A DNA stretch of 64,000 bases from Octopus bimaculoides (GCF_001194135.2 NC_068983.1:35875335-35939334); one strand, 5' to 3'; positions 1-11,440 are shown, counted from the first letter of the stretch. Numbers and translations are program-made. Notes: generated from the sequence alone by a model not told the origin.

Positions 1-24
1 ATTCAGAAACATAATACTGATGAC

Positions 25-112
25 TGAAGTCTGGTGCAGCCCTCCGGCTTGCCAGCTCCAGTCAAACCGTCTAACCCATGCCAGAATGAAGAACGAACAT
101 TAAATGATGATA
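25..112 (+). mobile_element. RTE LINE 3' terminal fragment with (GAT)n tail, cut by window start
   Basis: CAAACCGTCTAACCCATGCCAG...TAAATGATGAT matches the terminal domain of the other RTE 3' ends (33079-33228, 57550-57704). Confidence 0.65.
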
Positions 113-349
113 TTGATCAAAGAATCAATGATTGTAAGGTTATTGACCAAAAGACCATGTATTCAAACCTTACCAAAGGAATCACACATTGGCTGTTTTG
201 ATCAAAATATTTTACTGACCAATCAACTTAGCTAGCTCTACTATTTCTGCTGTTAAAATAAATGTTCTAGAAACTTAAATACTATTATGTATTCAACAGA
301 GCTGTTTGTGTATACAACAAACCAGATCTGGGTAGCATAATGATTTTTT

Positions 350-507
350 GGAGCACTACCTTTGGTTGAACAAATCGACCCCCAGGACGTATTCTTTGGA
401 AGCCTAGTACTTATTATATCGGTCTCTTTTGCTGAACTGCTAAGTTATGGGGACATAAACACACCAAGATCTGTTGTCAAGCAATAGTGGGGCGACAAAC
501 ACACATT

Positions 508-585
<78 letters not shown>

Positions 586-886
586 TATGGTTAATAAATT
601 CAAAATAGGATAAAAATCTTTTACAAGAATTTTATCAGGGAGCTAGTGTATAAAAAAATTTGTAAGGGAAATTTCTATTCCCAAGAATATACTTATTCGT
701 TTATATATATATTTATGTATATACGACGGGCTTCTTTCAGTTTCTGTCTACCAAATCCACTCACAAGGCTTTGGTCAGTACAAGGCTATAGTAGAAGACA
801 TTTGCCCAAGGTGCCATGCAGCGGGACTGAACCTGGAACCATGTGGTTGGGAAGCAAGTTTCTTACCACACAGCCACTCCTACACC
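350..886 (-). mobile_element. SINE family A (tRNA-derived head, internal (TA)n)
   Basis: Reverse complement aligns along its length with copies 4356-4761 and 11611-12033; A-box TGGCTGTGTGG and B-box GGTTCAGTCC in the head. Confidence 0.85.
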
Positions 887-1499
887 TATAAATGTATATA
901 AATGTTTATTATGTAATTTTTTATTGAACACAAATTTATTGCTTTACTCATGAAAAAAATCGCAAAAGTTTTAGGAAGTAAAAATGGAACTCAATTAGGA
1001 ACTACAAAACTCAAATAAAAAGGGTGTTACTCCTGCTGCCCCTTGTATATGCTCGTAGCACTGAGCAAGGAAGATTATAACAACTTATATACATAGCAGC
1101 AAAGGGAACCATCTGTGCTGACAAAGTGTTGTTGTGAGAATGAAAACCACCTGAATATTCTAACAAGGAAAGAGACTAACCTAAGGTTCATAAACCTTAA
1201 ATACACAGACAGCAGGGGACACAAACATTAACATCAAACAGGGAACCAACCACTTGTATATTGAAGAGCAGCAAGAGGGAAGTGCCAGCGTGTTCTGACA
1301 ATTAACGAAGCTGCTGATGTGGTGATGCTGACTGTGTTTATAATTAGGGACAGGTGATGATGATGATGATGATGATGAGGAAGTAAATAAAGTGAGACAA
1401 TTATTCTGCAACATGTTTTTAAAGAGGAGGACTGAATAGCATACTAAGATAACCTGATGACTATCATATTTTCTCATGACTACTTTTTTATGAGATGTA

Positions 1500-1890
1500 G
1501 ATGGGGAGGAGAGAAAGATAGGGAGAACGGAATGACAAGAAGAAGAGAAACAGAAAGGAAAACAACAGAGAGAAAAAGATAAAAACAGAGGGGGAGAGAG
1601 AGAGGAAGACAGAGAGACAGATGCAGTAAAGCGAGAGGGTCAACAGCAAAGAAACAGAAAGAGAACAGCAGAGGAAGGAGAGAGGGGGGAGAGAATGAAG
1701 AAATCAGCAAAGAGGAAGAGGAAGAGAGAAACAAAGAGAAAAGCAGAGGGGGGAAGAGGGGGGAGAAAGAGAATGAAGAAATCAATAAAGAGGAAAAGAG
1801 AAACAAAGAGAAAGAGAAAAGAAGAGGGAGGAAGAGAGAGGGGGGAGGGAAACTAATGAAAATGGATGAGTGAAAGCTGTGGAGAGAGAG
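1500..1890. repeat. Purine-rich (GA) low-complexity tract with internal ~75 bp duplication
   Basis: Almost only A/G on + strand; GAATGAAGAAATCA..AAAGAGGA..AGAGAAACAAAGAGAAA occurs twice (~1690 and ~1770). Confidence 0.8.
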
Positions 1891-2270
1891 AGATACATTT
1901 GACAGCCTAATTTAAGGATATATTTCTTTCAACGTTGACAGCTGATTAAAAGTTGATAGAAAGGAAGCCGAAAAATGTCATTGAGAATCATGTGTCTAAT
2001 ACATTTCCAATCAACAATTTTTGGAACCAATAGATTTACTTTGTTAATCAACTTGTTTAGTTTCATATCACAATTGGTGGGCATTAACATTGTTGGTTTG
2101 CAGGTTTCCAGCAGGTTAATTACTATTTCAATGCATTTCTGATGGCAACAGTAACTAAGGGAGTGTTAGTAATTCAGTACAGAACAAATATTACAAGAAA
2201 CTTTTCTTCAAAAAGCATCATTTTTTCCCCCTTTTTTGGCCAATGTTCAAAACTTTTGAGGCATACGTGT

Positions 2271-2306
<36 letters not shown>

Positions 2307-2464
2307 CAGTTTTGACAATGAGCATTTAGCTGTTTAATCAGTTGAACTTTCTGCTCATTGACTTAGCCTGCAAGTGGCTGAGTAGTCCACAGACATACAT
2401 ACACTTTGGCATAATTTTCCAATAGGACACTGTGTGTGACAAAGCTAGACCTAATTTTATGTAT

Positions 2465-2715
2465 ACTCTACCTGACAGGCTTCCTGTTGTTTCCATCTAC
2501 TCAATTTCACACACAAGGCTTCGAGATGCCACAAAATGAGTTTGAAACCAGGAACTTGTGATTGTGAAGTGAGTTTCTTAACCATTCAACCAAGCCGTGT
2601 CCACATACACACACACACACACACATACACGTGTGCCAAGCTTCTACACCAAAATTTATCAACCTGGAGCTATGGTGAGAGACATTTACCCAAGGTTCTG
2701 CACAATCATACCCGT
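2465..2715 (-). mobile_element. Degenerate/rearranged SINE family A fragments
   Basis: GACAGGCTTCC..TTTCCATCTAC..TTCAC..ACAAGGCT and CATTTACCCAAGG match the family A head region; interrupted by (CA)n. Confidence 0.55.
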
Positions 2716-2974
2716 GCACCTATTTCTCACACTCTTATTTTTTAATTAACAACATTATTAGCGAGAGGAATCAGATGATGAAGGACAGTATTGAGTTAAC
2801 AGGTCTGTCATGCCCCCTAGCACTCATAAGGCTAGGGCAAATATATTTTACTGTAATAATGTCCTTATCCACTAAAGATATACACAAAATGGTTGTTGAA
2901 TCCACATCGGAATCTCTAAATGCAAGAAATAACAACAAAATCACAAGAGGATTTGCTATGCTTGTAAAGATGGT

Positions 2975-3160
2975 TAGGTCTTCTCCCCAGCATCAAATTG
3001 TCACTGGTTGTCATCATCCTCTGTCATTTCCTTTGTGGCCTACATCTTGAGATCAGTCTTCACCACTTTATCCCAATTTTTTCTTGCTCTCCCTCTTCCA
3101 TGGGTTCCAAGTATTTCAAGTGCTCAGCACTTCTTTATACATTAAAACGTCAGGTAGTGA
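2975..3160 (-). mobile_element. Degraded RTE LINE ORF C-terminal fragment
   Basis: Minus-strand translation CIKKC*ALEILGTHGRGRARKNWDKVVKTDLKM resembles CVKKCHTLTVEGTRGRGRPRKTWAEVVRQDLRT at 10590-10700. Confidence 0.7.
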
Positions 3161-3601
3161 TGGAGGTTGGGATACACAATTATATATCTACATCTGTGTC
3201 TTTCACACACTTTGTACCTTCTGGTCCCTTTCTCATGCCCCTCTTGCTTATTCAACACCTACTCATTTTGCTATCCCACTCCTCCTAGTCACTGCTCCAT
3301 GCTATCTGTATAAATAGGGGGAAAATAGATCTATGATCAAAGACATTCCAGATATGAGTGTCCCCTTTTTTTGTCAGAATAGCATAACCTTCACTCCATC
3401 ATGCAATGCGTCTTTTCTTTATTATTATTTTGTCTTTTAGCAGCAAAAGGATGTGGTTTGAGGAAGATTTGGTTTTTATTTCTAATAGATCAAGTAACCA
3501 CATATGAGCTTCAAGCAGTTTGTGTGCACACATGCACCTGTGTGTGAGTGTGTGTGTGTGTATTTGTTTGATTTAAGCGTGTGTTTATTTTGATTTCGTA
3601 G

Positions 3602-3666
3602 TTGAAAGTAAATGACAAAACCCTAGGTCCTCGCTGGCTGACCAACATTAGAAGGGATAAGGACAG
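3602..3666 (+). CDS. Candidate internal coding exon of an unidentified gene (LKVNDKTLGPRWLTNIRRDKD)
   Basis: Acceptor TTATTTTGATTTCGTAG| and consensus donor CAG|GTAAGT; only one frame open (phase 0 to 2); non-repetitive sequence. Peptide not recognised. Confidence 0.35.
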
Positions 3667-4019
3667 GTAAGTAAGTGTAGATACAGTGTAAAACTAGAGA
3701 AACTAAAAATAGCAAAGATACCCACCTCCCTAAAATAATCAACTGCCAAGAATGTCTGAAAACAGAACAAATAGACAAGTCCTGTAAGAAATAATTGAAA
3801 GCTTAAGAGAAAGGGGGCAGAATTCCTTAGCACCTCACACCCACACCAATGACTAACTAACAAGTCCTCAACCTTAGATAAAGGATAAATGTTTATCTAA
3901 CCCATACAGCTTGAACTATAAATACAATAAATATATTTGTCTACCTACAGCCTTATTGATGTCAAAAGGTTAATACGTGTGTAGGGGGAGGTTGTGGTCA
4001 TTATGCTTTTCCAAAGTCT

Positions 4020-4120
4020 ATTGTTAGTTGTTGTTGTTGTTGTTTAGGCCTGGGTCAGCCCTGATCAAGCAGTCCTAAATCAAAGAGGTTCCGGTTATGA
4101 CCATCCTGTGCATCATGGAT
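4020..4120 (-). mobile_element. Old interspersed repeat family F ((AAC)n tail); other copies near 8940, 18910, 22830, 32560, 43570, 46085, 46910, 48860, 50100, 52270
   Basis: Recurring GGATGGTCATGGCTGGAA..TTTGATCAT..GTCTG..TGATCAG.GCTGACC.GGGCTAAACAACAAC motif. Class unknown (probably a SINE/LINE 3' end). Confidence 0.6.
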
Positions 4121-4182
4121 ATTAATGATAGAGCTGAGAAAAGTACCCCAGGGGTGTGTTCTCTGTGTGGTTAATACACACA

Positions 4183-4759
4183 GGAGCAGGCATGGCTGTG
4201 TGGTTAAGAAGCTCACTTTATAACTTTATAGTTCCAGGTTCAGTCCCACTGTGTGGTACTTGAGGCAAGTGTCACTATTATAGCCCCAGATCAACCAATG
4301 CCTTGTGAATGAATATGGTAGAGCGAAACTGTGTGGAAGCCTGTCATAGATATATACTCTTTACTCTTTACTCTTTTACTTGTTTCAGTCATTTCACTGT
4401 GGCCATGCTAGAGCACCGCCTTTAGTCGAGCAAATCGACCCCGGGACTTATTCTTTGTAAGCCTAGTACTTATTCTATCGGTCTCTTTTGCCGAACCGCT
4501 AAGTGACGGGGACATAAGCACACTAGCATTGGTTGTCAAGCAATGCTAGGGGGACAAATACAGACACACTAACACACATATATATATACACATATATACG
4601 ACGGGCTTCTTTCAGTTTCCGTCTACCAAATCCACTCACAAGGCTTTGGTCGGCCCGAGGCTATAGTAGAAGACACTTGCCCAAGATGCCACGCAGTGGG
4701 ACTGAACCCGGTACCATGTGGTTGGTAAACAGGCTACTTACCACACAGCCACTCCTGCG

Positions 4760-4834
<75 letters not shown>

Positions 4835-5035
4835 CTGTGTTTGTATTTGTCATGCACCGCCATTTGACAAGTGGTGTTGGCTTGTTTACCCTAGAGGTTT
4901 TTCAGAAGAGACAAACAGAATAAGTAACAGATTGAAAATAAGTACCAGGGTCAATTTGTCCAACTAAACCTTCTAAGACAGAGGTCTAGTATGGCTGCAG
5001 TCCAATGACTGAAACAAGTGACAGATAAAGAAAGC
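4183..5035 (+). mobile_element. Older SINE family A copy, interrupted by a younger inverted A copy
   Basis: Head 4183-4345; body and tail resume at ~4830-5035. Confidence 0.7.
4356..4761 (-). mobile_element. Young full-length SINE family A
   Basis: (ACTCTTT)n tail at left, CpG-rich near-consensus body, head ends ...ACAGCCACTCCTGCGCC. Confidence 0.9.
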
Positions 5036-5305
5036 TACAGTAAGGTCTTACATGTGTAATACAAAGAATTCAAAATAACTTTAACAGAGACTAACAACAC
5101 AATACACAAAAATTTCTTTCTACAAGCATTTAAAAACAAGGGAGGTTACTAATATCAGCTGAAGAAACTTTTTCAAAACTAAAGACAATGTAAATGAGTG
5201 GATTCTGTCTTTAATGCCAACTGGTGATAGCATTGAACATGTTTCAATCTTATTTGACCTCCTCAGTAAAAGATTTACTACTGTCTGTACTACTGATTAA
5301 CTATC

Positions 5306-5344
<39 letters not shown>

Positions 5345-6513
5345 CACACACACACACACACACACAGTATGCTGCTTTTTGTTGGTTAAGCAATATAGAA
5401 AGAAGTGGCCAAGCTGGTTCATGCATTCATATCTTACATACACATATATTGTCTTAAGGTAAGGGCCCACTGAGCAGTTGTCCAAGACCCACAGGTCTTG
5501 GAGGCCCAATTCTGATCTGTATATATCATGGTTTGCTGTTAATAAATATATACTATAGAACCTAGGGGATAAGTTTGCCTAAGGGCCTTTAATGCTGTGG
5601 AGACAGATCTGCATACATATGTATGTAAATCAAAGAGTGGGGTGTTAATTGAGAAAGATTTAGCTGCTATTTCTTGCAGGTCTACAGCAACCATGTAGAG
5701 ATTTCTCTCGTTGCCTCAGTGTTTAAGTGAAGAGAAAGTGCTACAAACCTAGATTGGGAATAGAGTTGTGTTGGAGTGGGAGAGAGATTTAGGTCTCAAG
5801 GAGCTTAGTTTCCTTCTCATGCCACAATAACAACAACAGCAACTTGAAAATAATGATCACAGAAATACAATAACCAACCTTATTGGAGGGGGGGGGGAAC
5901 AAAGCAAGAGAAAAGAAAGGAAGAAAGGAAACAACCAAATACATGGTGGTGCGGATTGTAAAATATTTAATAGATTAAACAATACATAAAAAGTAGACAT
6001 GAAAACGAGAAAGAGGCGACAGCAGAACCAGACCGCTATAGAGGTGGGAGTATGAATGCACCAGTTGTTATACAAACCAGACAACATACATAATCCACAA
6101 GATTGTTCTAAACTGTTACACAGAAGAAGCTAATTCCATTGTAGTATTGTTATTTACAGGATTCTTTTTCTCTTATTTTTTTCTCTCCTTTACAACTTTT
6201 TTTTACCATGATTATTTGCTGCGACAGAGGTGTATGATCATTGTATTTCTTCTTTATTTTCTCAACTGAATTATATTCGCTCCCCACCACCTTTACAAAG
6301 ACATCAAACTTAACCTCATAAAATTTCGTCCAGGTGTTACTAAAGACATTAGGAAACTGTTAGACGTGTTAAGATGGACAAAATACAAGATAACTAACTG
6401 TAGGTAAACTTCCTCTCTCACATTAATTCACTTCAGTTGAAATTATTACAAGCTAGCTACAATACTTTTCTTTTCAGACCAGTAAAGTGTGTAGGGTGTA
6501 TAAGAGTGTGTAT

Positions 6514-6551
<38 letters not shown>

Positions 6552-6577
6552 AATGTCAGTGTGTATGTTCAACAGAG

Positions 6578-6690
6578 CGTAAGCATCTTGAGAGAAAAGT
6601 TAGGCATAAGAGGCATCAGATGTGGTGATGTGTATGGATGAGGACAGCTGTGTAAAGAAGTGCTGATCTCTAACTGTGGAGGGAACTTAT
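6578..6690 (+). mobile_element. RTE LINE ORF fragment with internal deletion
   Basis: GTAAGCATCTTGAGAGAAAAG..GAGGACAGCTGTGTAAAGAAGTGC..GAGGGAAC matches 10497-10640. Confidence 0.75.
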
Positions 6691-7101
6691 GGTTAGATCA
6701 TCCATTTTCATTTGTCACACCACAATTATAATCTCCAACTTTCAAAGAGTTCCCAATATGTACTTACATGGTCATGTATGTATACACTCACACTATCAAT
6801 CCAACATAAAGGGTTTTATAGCCTCTAAAAACTCTTGCAATGAATGTGTACATCAATTCAGTAATCTAAAGTATATGAGCAGATGTCTACATGACACTTG
6901 AGTATAGTATGTTTCCAAGGTTGGACCATTGTCTGGATAGAGGGGTTTAACCAGTTTTCATTCCAACATCATCATCATCATTTAACGTCCGCTTTCCATG
7001 CTAGCATGGGTTGGACAATTTGACTGAGGACTGGTGAACCAGATGGCTACATCAGGCTCAAATCTGATTTGGCAGACTTTCTACAGCTGGATGCTCTTCC
7101 T
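6691..7101. repeat. Local direct duplication, copy 1 (partner 8317-8730); includes RTE 3' end on - strand at ~6967-7101
   Basis: About 410 bp aligning with 8317-8730 with scattered substitutions; ~275 bp non-repeat sequence plus RTE tail. Confidence 0.95.
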
Positions 7102-7520
7102 GCTCTTTTCTGCATATCAAGTACTGTTATTTACCCAGTTGCAGCAAAACCCTTACCTTCATTCCCCCTGACTATATATATATAATACAAATAATATATG
7201 AGTGTGTGCATATATGCAGAAAAGAGCAGGTAAGAACACCATATAGTGTACATGGTCTGAACTATGGGTACACAAGATATACTGGTATCACAAACAAGCT
7301 AGCAGTAAATAAAGACTGTTTGTGGTAGATGTACATAAGTAGTTAACAGCCAATGAATACTTTTCAATGCTTAAAAGGTTCCATAGAAGTTGATAGAATC
7401 TCTTATGCATGGTGTGGAGGAGAAAGCTCTGGAAGTAGGGTAGCCAGAAACAAAAAAAGGTCTAAGAAATTCAGAGAGCTATTACCTCTGTTGTAGGCAA
7501 GAGGATTCACCCGTCAAACA

Positions 7521-7689
7521 AAGGGTAGACTGTATGTTGCTTGCATATGAAATGCAATGCTGCATGGCAGTGAGATGCGAACACTGAATGCAGAGATTGT
7601 GTGAGGGTTGGAAAGAAATGAGGCAAACATGTCCTGCTGGGTGTGTAAATGCTTGTGTGCATGAGCAACATAGTATAGATGAGCAGAGA

Positions 7690-7724
<35 letters not shown>

Positions 7725-7980
7725 GAGGAATCAGATGTAGAGTATAAGAGAGGTGACTGTGTTGATATGATGATATGGTGTGTATGAATGATGACAAATG
7801 AATACAAATGTGCCAAGAGATTCAAAGAGGAAGAAACATGTGGAAGACAAAGATTAGAGAAAGATGATAAAGAGAACAAACTTCATGATAGAGATGATTA
7901 AGAGCTACAAGTAGTGAGAGACATTGTACAAGAGAAAACCCATTTGACCCACAGAGATATGGAAAAACAGATGTCAGCTG
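7521..7980 (+). mobile_element. Degraded RTE LINE 3' portion interrupted by (TAA)n
   Basis: GRLYVACI*NAMLHGSEMRTLNAEIV*GLERNEANMSCWVC matches the RTE motif also seen at 10391-10480 and 30058-30480. Confidence 0.7.
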
Positions 7981-8034
7981 TGACTTGAAGTGGGCCATCC
8001 CTTAGAAATTTCCAGTTGTTCCCTCTTATAGATC

Positions 8035-8200
8035 TTCCCTCTCCTTCTCCTTTGTATCAACTAGTATTCCTTTGAACTGATGCCTAACCAAGACATCTTC
8101 CAGCTTCCATGCCTCCCTGTTCCTGATTTAGGTCTCTAGGTCATTCTAGTTCTTATTATTAACCCATGTTGAGTGGTATGCTCTTCATTATTCATAATTA
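8035..8200 (-). mobile_element. Possible degraded RTE LINE fragment (endonuclease-RT linker)
   Basis: TQHGL..AWKLEDVLVRHQFKGIL resembles my recollection of RTE PQHRL..WKL motifs; weak. Confidence 0.35.
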
Positions 8201-8316
8201 GTAACCTATCCCACTTCCTAGAATATATAAAGTCTATTTGATATGCATGTTGGATTGATTACTAAGTAGTCAGGTGACTAGCTACAAGCTGGTTTCCTGA
8301 ATCTAGTGTTGTAAAC

Positions 8317-8805
8317 GGTTAGATCATCCATTTTCATTTGTCATACCACAATTGTAATCTCCAGCCTTCAAAGAGTTCCCAATATGTACTTACATGGTCA
8401 TGTATGTATACACTCACACTATCAATCCAACATAAAGAGTTTTATAGCCTCTAAAAACTCTTGCAATGAATGTGTACATCAATTCAGTAACCTAAAGTTT
8501 ATGAGCAGATGTCTACATGACACTTGAGTATAGCAGGTTTCCAAGGTTGGGCCATTGTCTGAATAGAGGGGTTTAACCTGTTTTCATTCCAACATCATCA
8601 CCATCATCGTTTAACATCCGCTTTCCATGCTAGCATGGGTTGGACAATTTGACTGAGGACTGGTGAACCAGATGGCTACACCAGGCTCCAATCTGATTTG
8701 GCAGAGTTTCTACAGCTGTATGCCCTTCCTAACGCCAACCACTCTGAGAGTGTAGTGGGTGCTTTTATGTGCCACCGGCACAAAGGCTAGTCAGGAAGTA
8801 CTGGC
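8317..8805. repeat. Local direct duplication, copy 2 (8317-8730); RTE 3' end on - strand at ~8592-8805
   Basis: Partner of 6691-7101; this RTE piece extends ~75 bp further 5'. Confidence 0.95.
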
Positions 8806-9319
8806 AGCTTAAAACTTGTAATATCTCCAAACTGCAATATACAAAATGAACCTCAACAATATTTCGAATGTAGAGTACAAAACATTTTTTCGAACTAGAC
8901 AGAAAATTCCCTCTTTGCAAATAAAAATGAAGACACTGATGTCGTTGAGCCCCAAATCATTTCTGATTGAGCAGACTTTTGATCAAAGGTAATCCAACCA
9001 TGACCATCCCATCTTCCTGTGGTGAAGTGCTGTACTGAGAGAACCTACCCAAACTATGAAAACATAAGAAATGGACTTATAACTTAGGATGGTAGTAGTG
9101 ATGGAGTATAGGGATGTGCGATACCTATTAGTCACTCTCCCCAACTCTTCTTTATTCCTATCTATTGTTCAACCCTTTCCTATCAATGTGTCACCCTACC
9201 ACAACTACCTCTTATTCGCTTATGTAACAAAGGATGAAATCACACTGGACTTTTTTGCTATTTAATCTCTTATCATCACTTTTATTTATTACTAGCTATC
9301 TTTCTTCTCACTCTTCCTG

Positions 9320-9712
9320 TCATCATCATCATCATTTAACATCCACTTTCCATGCTAGCATGGGTTGGATGGTATGACTGAAAACAGTTAAGCTGGTGGG
9401 TGATTCACCAGGTTCAGATCTGATTTGGCAAGGTTTCTATGGCCCTTCCTAATGCCAACCACTCTGAGAGTGTAGTAGGTGTGTTTTACATGCCACCGGT
9501 TTGGGTGTCATTGACCTGACCAACATTGGCTACGACTACACGAATAGTCTCACTTGGCTTGACAGGTCTACACAAGCACAGTATATTGCTAAGGGTCTTA
9601 ATCACCTGTCACTGACCCCATGAGGCCCAACACTTGAACAGTGCATTTTATGTGCCACTGGCACGGGTGCCAATCAGACGGCACTGGCATCAGCCACAAC
9701 TACAATTTCAAT
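9320..9712 (-). mobile_element. RTE LINE 3' end including ORF-terminus-like segment and 3' UTR repeat units
   Basis: (CAT)n tail; terminal domain; revcomp of 9545-9640 reads TTGGGCCTCA..GTGAC..GACC..GTCAAGCCAAGTGAG, continuing the ORF end TTGGGCCTCACCGAGGCGATGAC at 10700-10723. Confidence 0.8.
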
Positions 9713-9835
9713 ATATATTTCTCTTTCTGTTACTCTTTCCCATTACAATATCACTCATTGATGATATGCATCAGTTTCTCTCTTGAATTCAAAGACTGTT
9801 TGAAGTAAAACGTGTTTTAAGGCAACATGCTTTAC

Positions 9836-9957
9836 CTTTTTACTAATTTGAAGAATTTTGCAAAAAACAAAAAAGTGAGAGCAAGAGAAAATTGTGAATT
9901 TCTACCACAAAATAAAAAGAGCAAAACTGTAGACAATTTTGTACTTATACTACCAAA
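9836..9957 (-). CDS. Weak candidate exon (FGSISTKLSTVLLFLFCGRNSQFSLALTFLFFAKFFKLVK)
   Basis: Acceptor TTTTTTTTTCCAG|, donor AAG|GTAAAG, single open frame (phase 0 to 2). Hydrophobicity could be a T-richness artefact. Confidence 0.25.
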
Positions 9958-10390
9958 CTGGAAAAAAAAAATAGAGATATTACTAAGTAACTAATATAAT
10001 ACCTAATAATGTAGCAAGTTATTCTGTTGTCATTTGATTCCTGTTGGAGCCAAAAAGTTGCCAAAGGACATCTTGATTATAGTTTCAGCTGGAATAAGAT
10101 ACAGATGTGAATGTCTGAAACACCCAGTTGACATTACATAAGCCTTACACAGACAAAAAAGGAATCACCCTAAATCCTCTCAACTATTGACTCTGATTTC
10201 ATTGGAATATATGCCTTGCCTAAGGCTCCAGAATTGCTTTTATGATGTGGCAGGTTTTAAGTTGAGTTTGTATGCTGCTATAGATATTACTTGGTATCAT
10301 TGGACTCTAACTAACAAGGGTTTCATTGCTAATTAAGATTTTTTTATTAAAATACAAGAAATACACTGCTTCATCATCATCATTGATATA

Positions 10391-10725
10391 AGTGAAACAT
10401 GGGCTGTAACTGCTGAGGACATACGTAAGCTCGCAAGGAATGAAGCCAGTATGCTCCGTTGGATGTGTAATGTCAATGTGAATACCCGTCAGAGTGTAAG
10501 TATCTTGAGAGAAAAGCTGAACATTAGAAGCATCAGTTGTGGCGTGCAAGAGAGACGATTGCGCTGGTATGGACATGTGGTGAGAATGGAGGAGGATAGC
10601 TGCGTGAAAAAGTGCCACACCCTAACAGTTGAGGGAACCCGTGGAAGAGGTAGGCCCAGGAAGACCTGGGCTGAGGTGGTGAGGCAAGACCTTCGTACAT
10701 TGGGCCTCACCGAGGCGATGACTAC
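10391..10725 (+). mobile_element. RTE-clade LINE ORF C-terminus, 5'-truncated, stop-free, running into gap
   Basis: SETWAVTAEDIRKLARNEASMLRWMCNV..RRLRWYGHVVRM..GTRGRGRPRKTW..DLRTLGL has the RLRW.GHV.R and RGRP...W motifs of RTE ORFs. Confidence 0.92.
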
Positions 10726-11407
10726 NNNNNNNNNNNNNNNNNNNNNNNNNNNNNNNNNNNNNNNNNNNNNNNNNNNNNNNNNNNNNNNNNNNNNNNNNNN
10801 NNNNNNNNNNNNNNNNNNNNNNNNNNNNNNNNNNNNNNNNNNNNNNNNNNNNNNNNNNNNNNNNNNNNNNNNNNNNNNNNNNNNNNNNNNNNNNNNNNNN
10901 NNNNNNNNNNNNNNNNNNNNNNNNNNNNNNNNNNNNNNNNNNNNNNNNNNNNNNNNNNNNNNNNNNNNNNNNNNNNNNNNNNNNNNNNNNNNNNNNNNNN
11001 NNNNNNNNNNNNNNNNNNNNNNNNNNNNNNNNNNNNNNNNNNNNNNNNNNNNNNNNNNNNNNNNNNNNNNNNNNNNNNNNNNNNNNNNNNNNNNNNNNNN
11101 NNNNNNNNNNNNNNNNNNNNNNNNNNNNNNNNNNNNNNNNNNNNNNNNNNNNNNNNNNNNNNNNNNNNNNNNNNNNNNNNNNNNNNNNNNNNNNNNNNNN
11201 NNNNNNNNNNNNNNNNNNNNNNNNNNNNNNNNNNNNNNNNNNNNNNNNNNNNNNNNNNNNNNNNNNNNNNNNNNNNNNNNNNNNNNNNNNNNNNNNNNNN
11301 NNNNNNNNNNNNNNNNNNNNNNNNNNNNNNNNNNNNNNNNNNNNNNNNNNNNNNNNNNNNNNNNNNNNNNNNNNNNNNNNNNNNNNNNNNNNNNNNNNNN
11401 NNNNNNN
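10726..11407. other. Assembly gap; other gaps: 14973-15052, 16970-17487, 19716-20479, 24044-24411, 26185-26467, 31127-31175, 52637-52733
   Basis: Runs of N, nearly all abutting (TA)n, (TG)n or (GA)n. Confidence 1.

Positions 11408-11440
<33 letters not shown>

Noticed and set aside
646-891. Similar-looking ORFs at several loci (also 4533..4967, 11641..11862, 29521..29712, 34178..34381, 49483..49902)
   Set aside because: Translations of SINE A or RTE 3' UTR copies, not a gene family.
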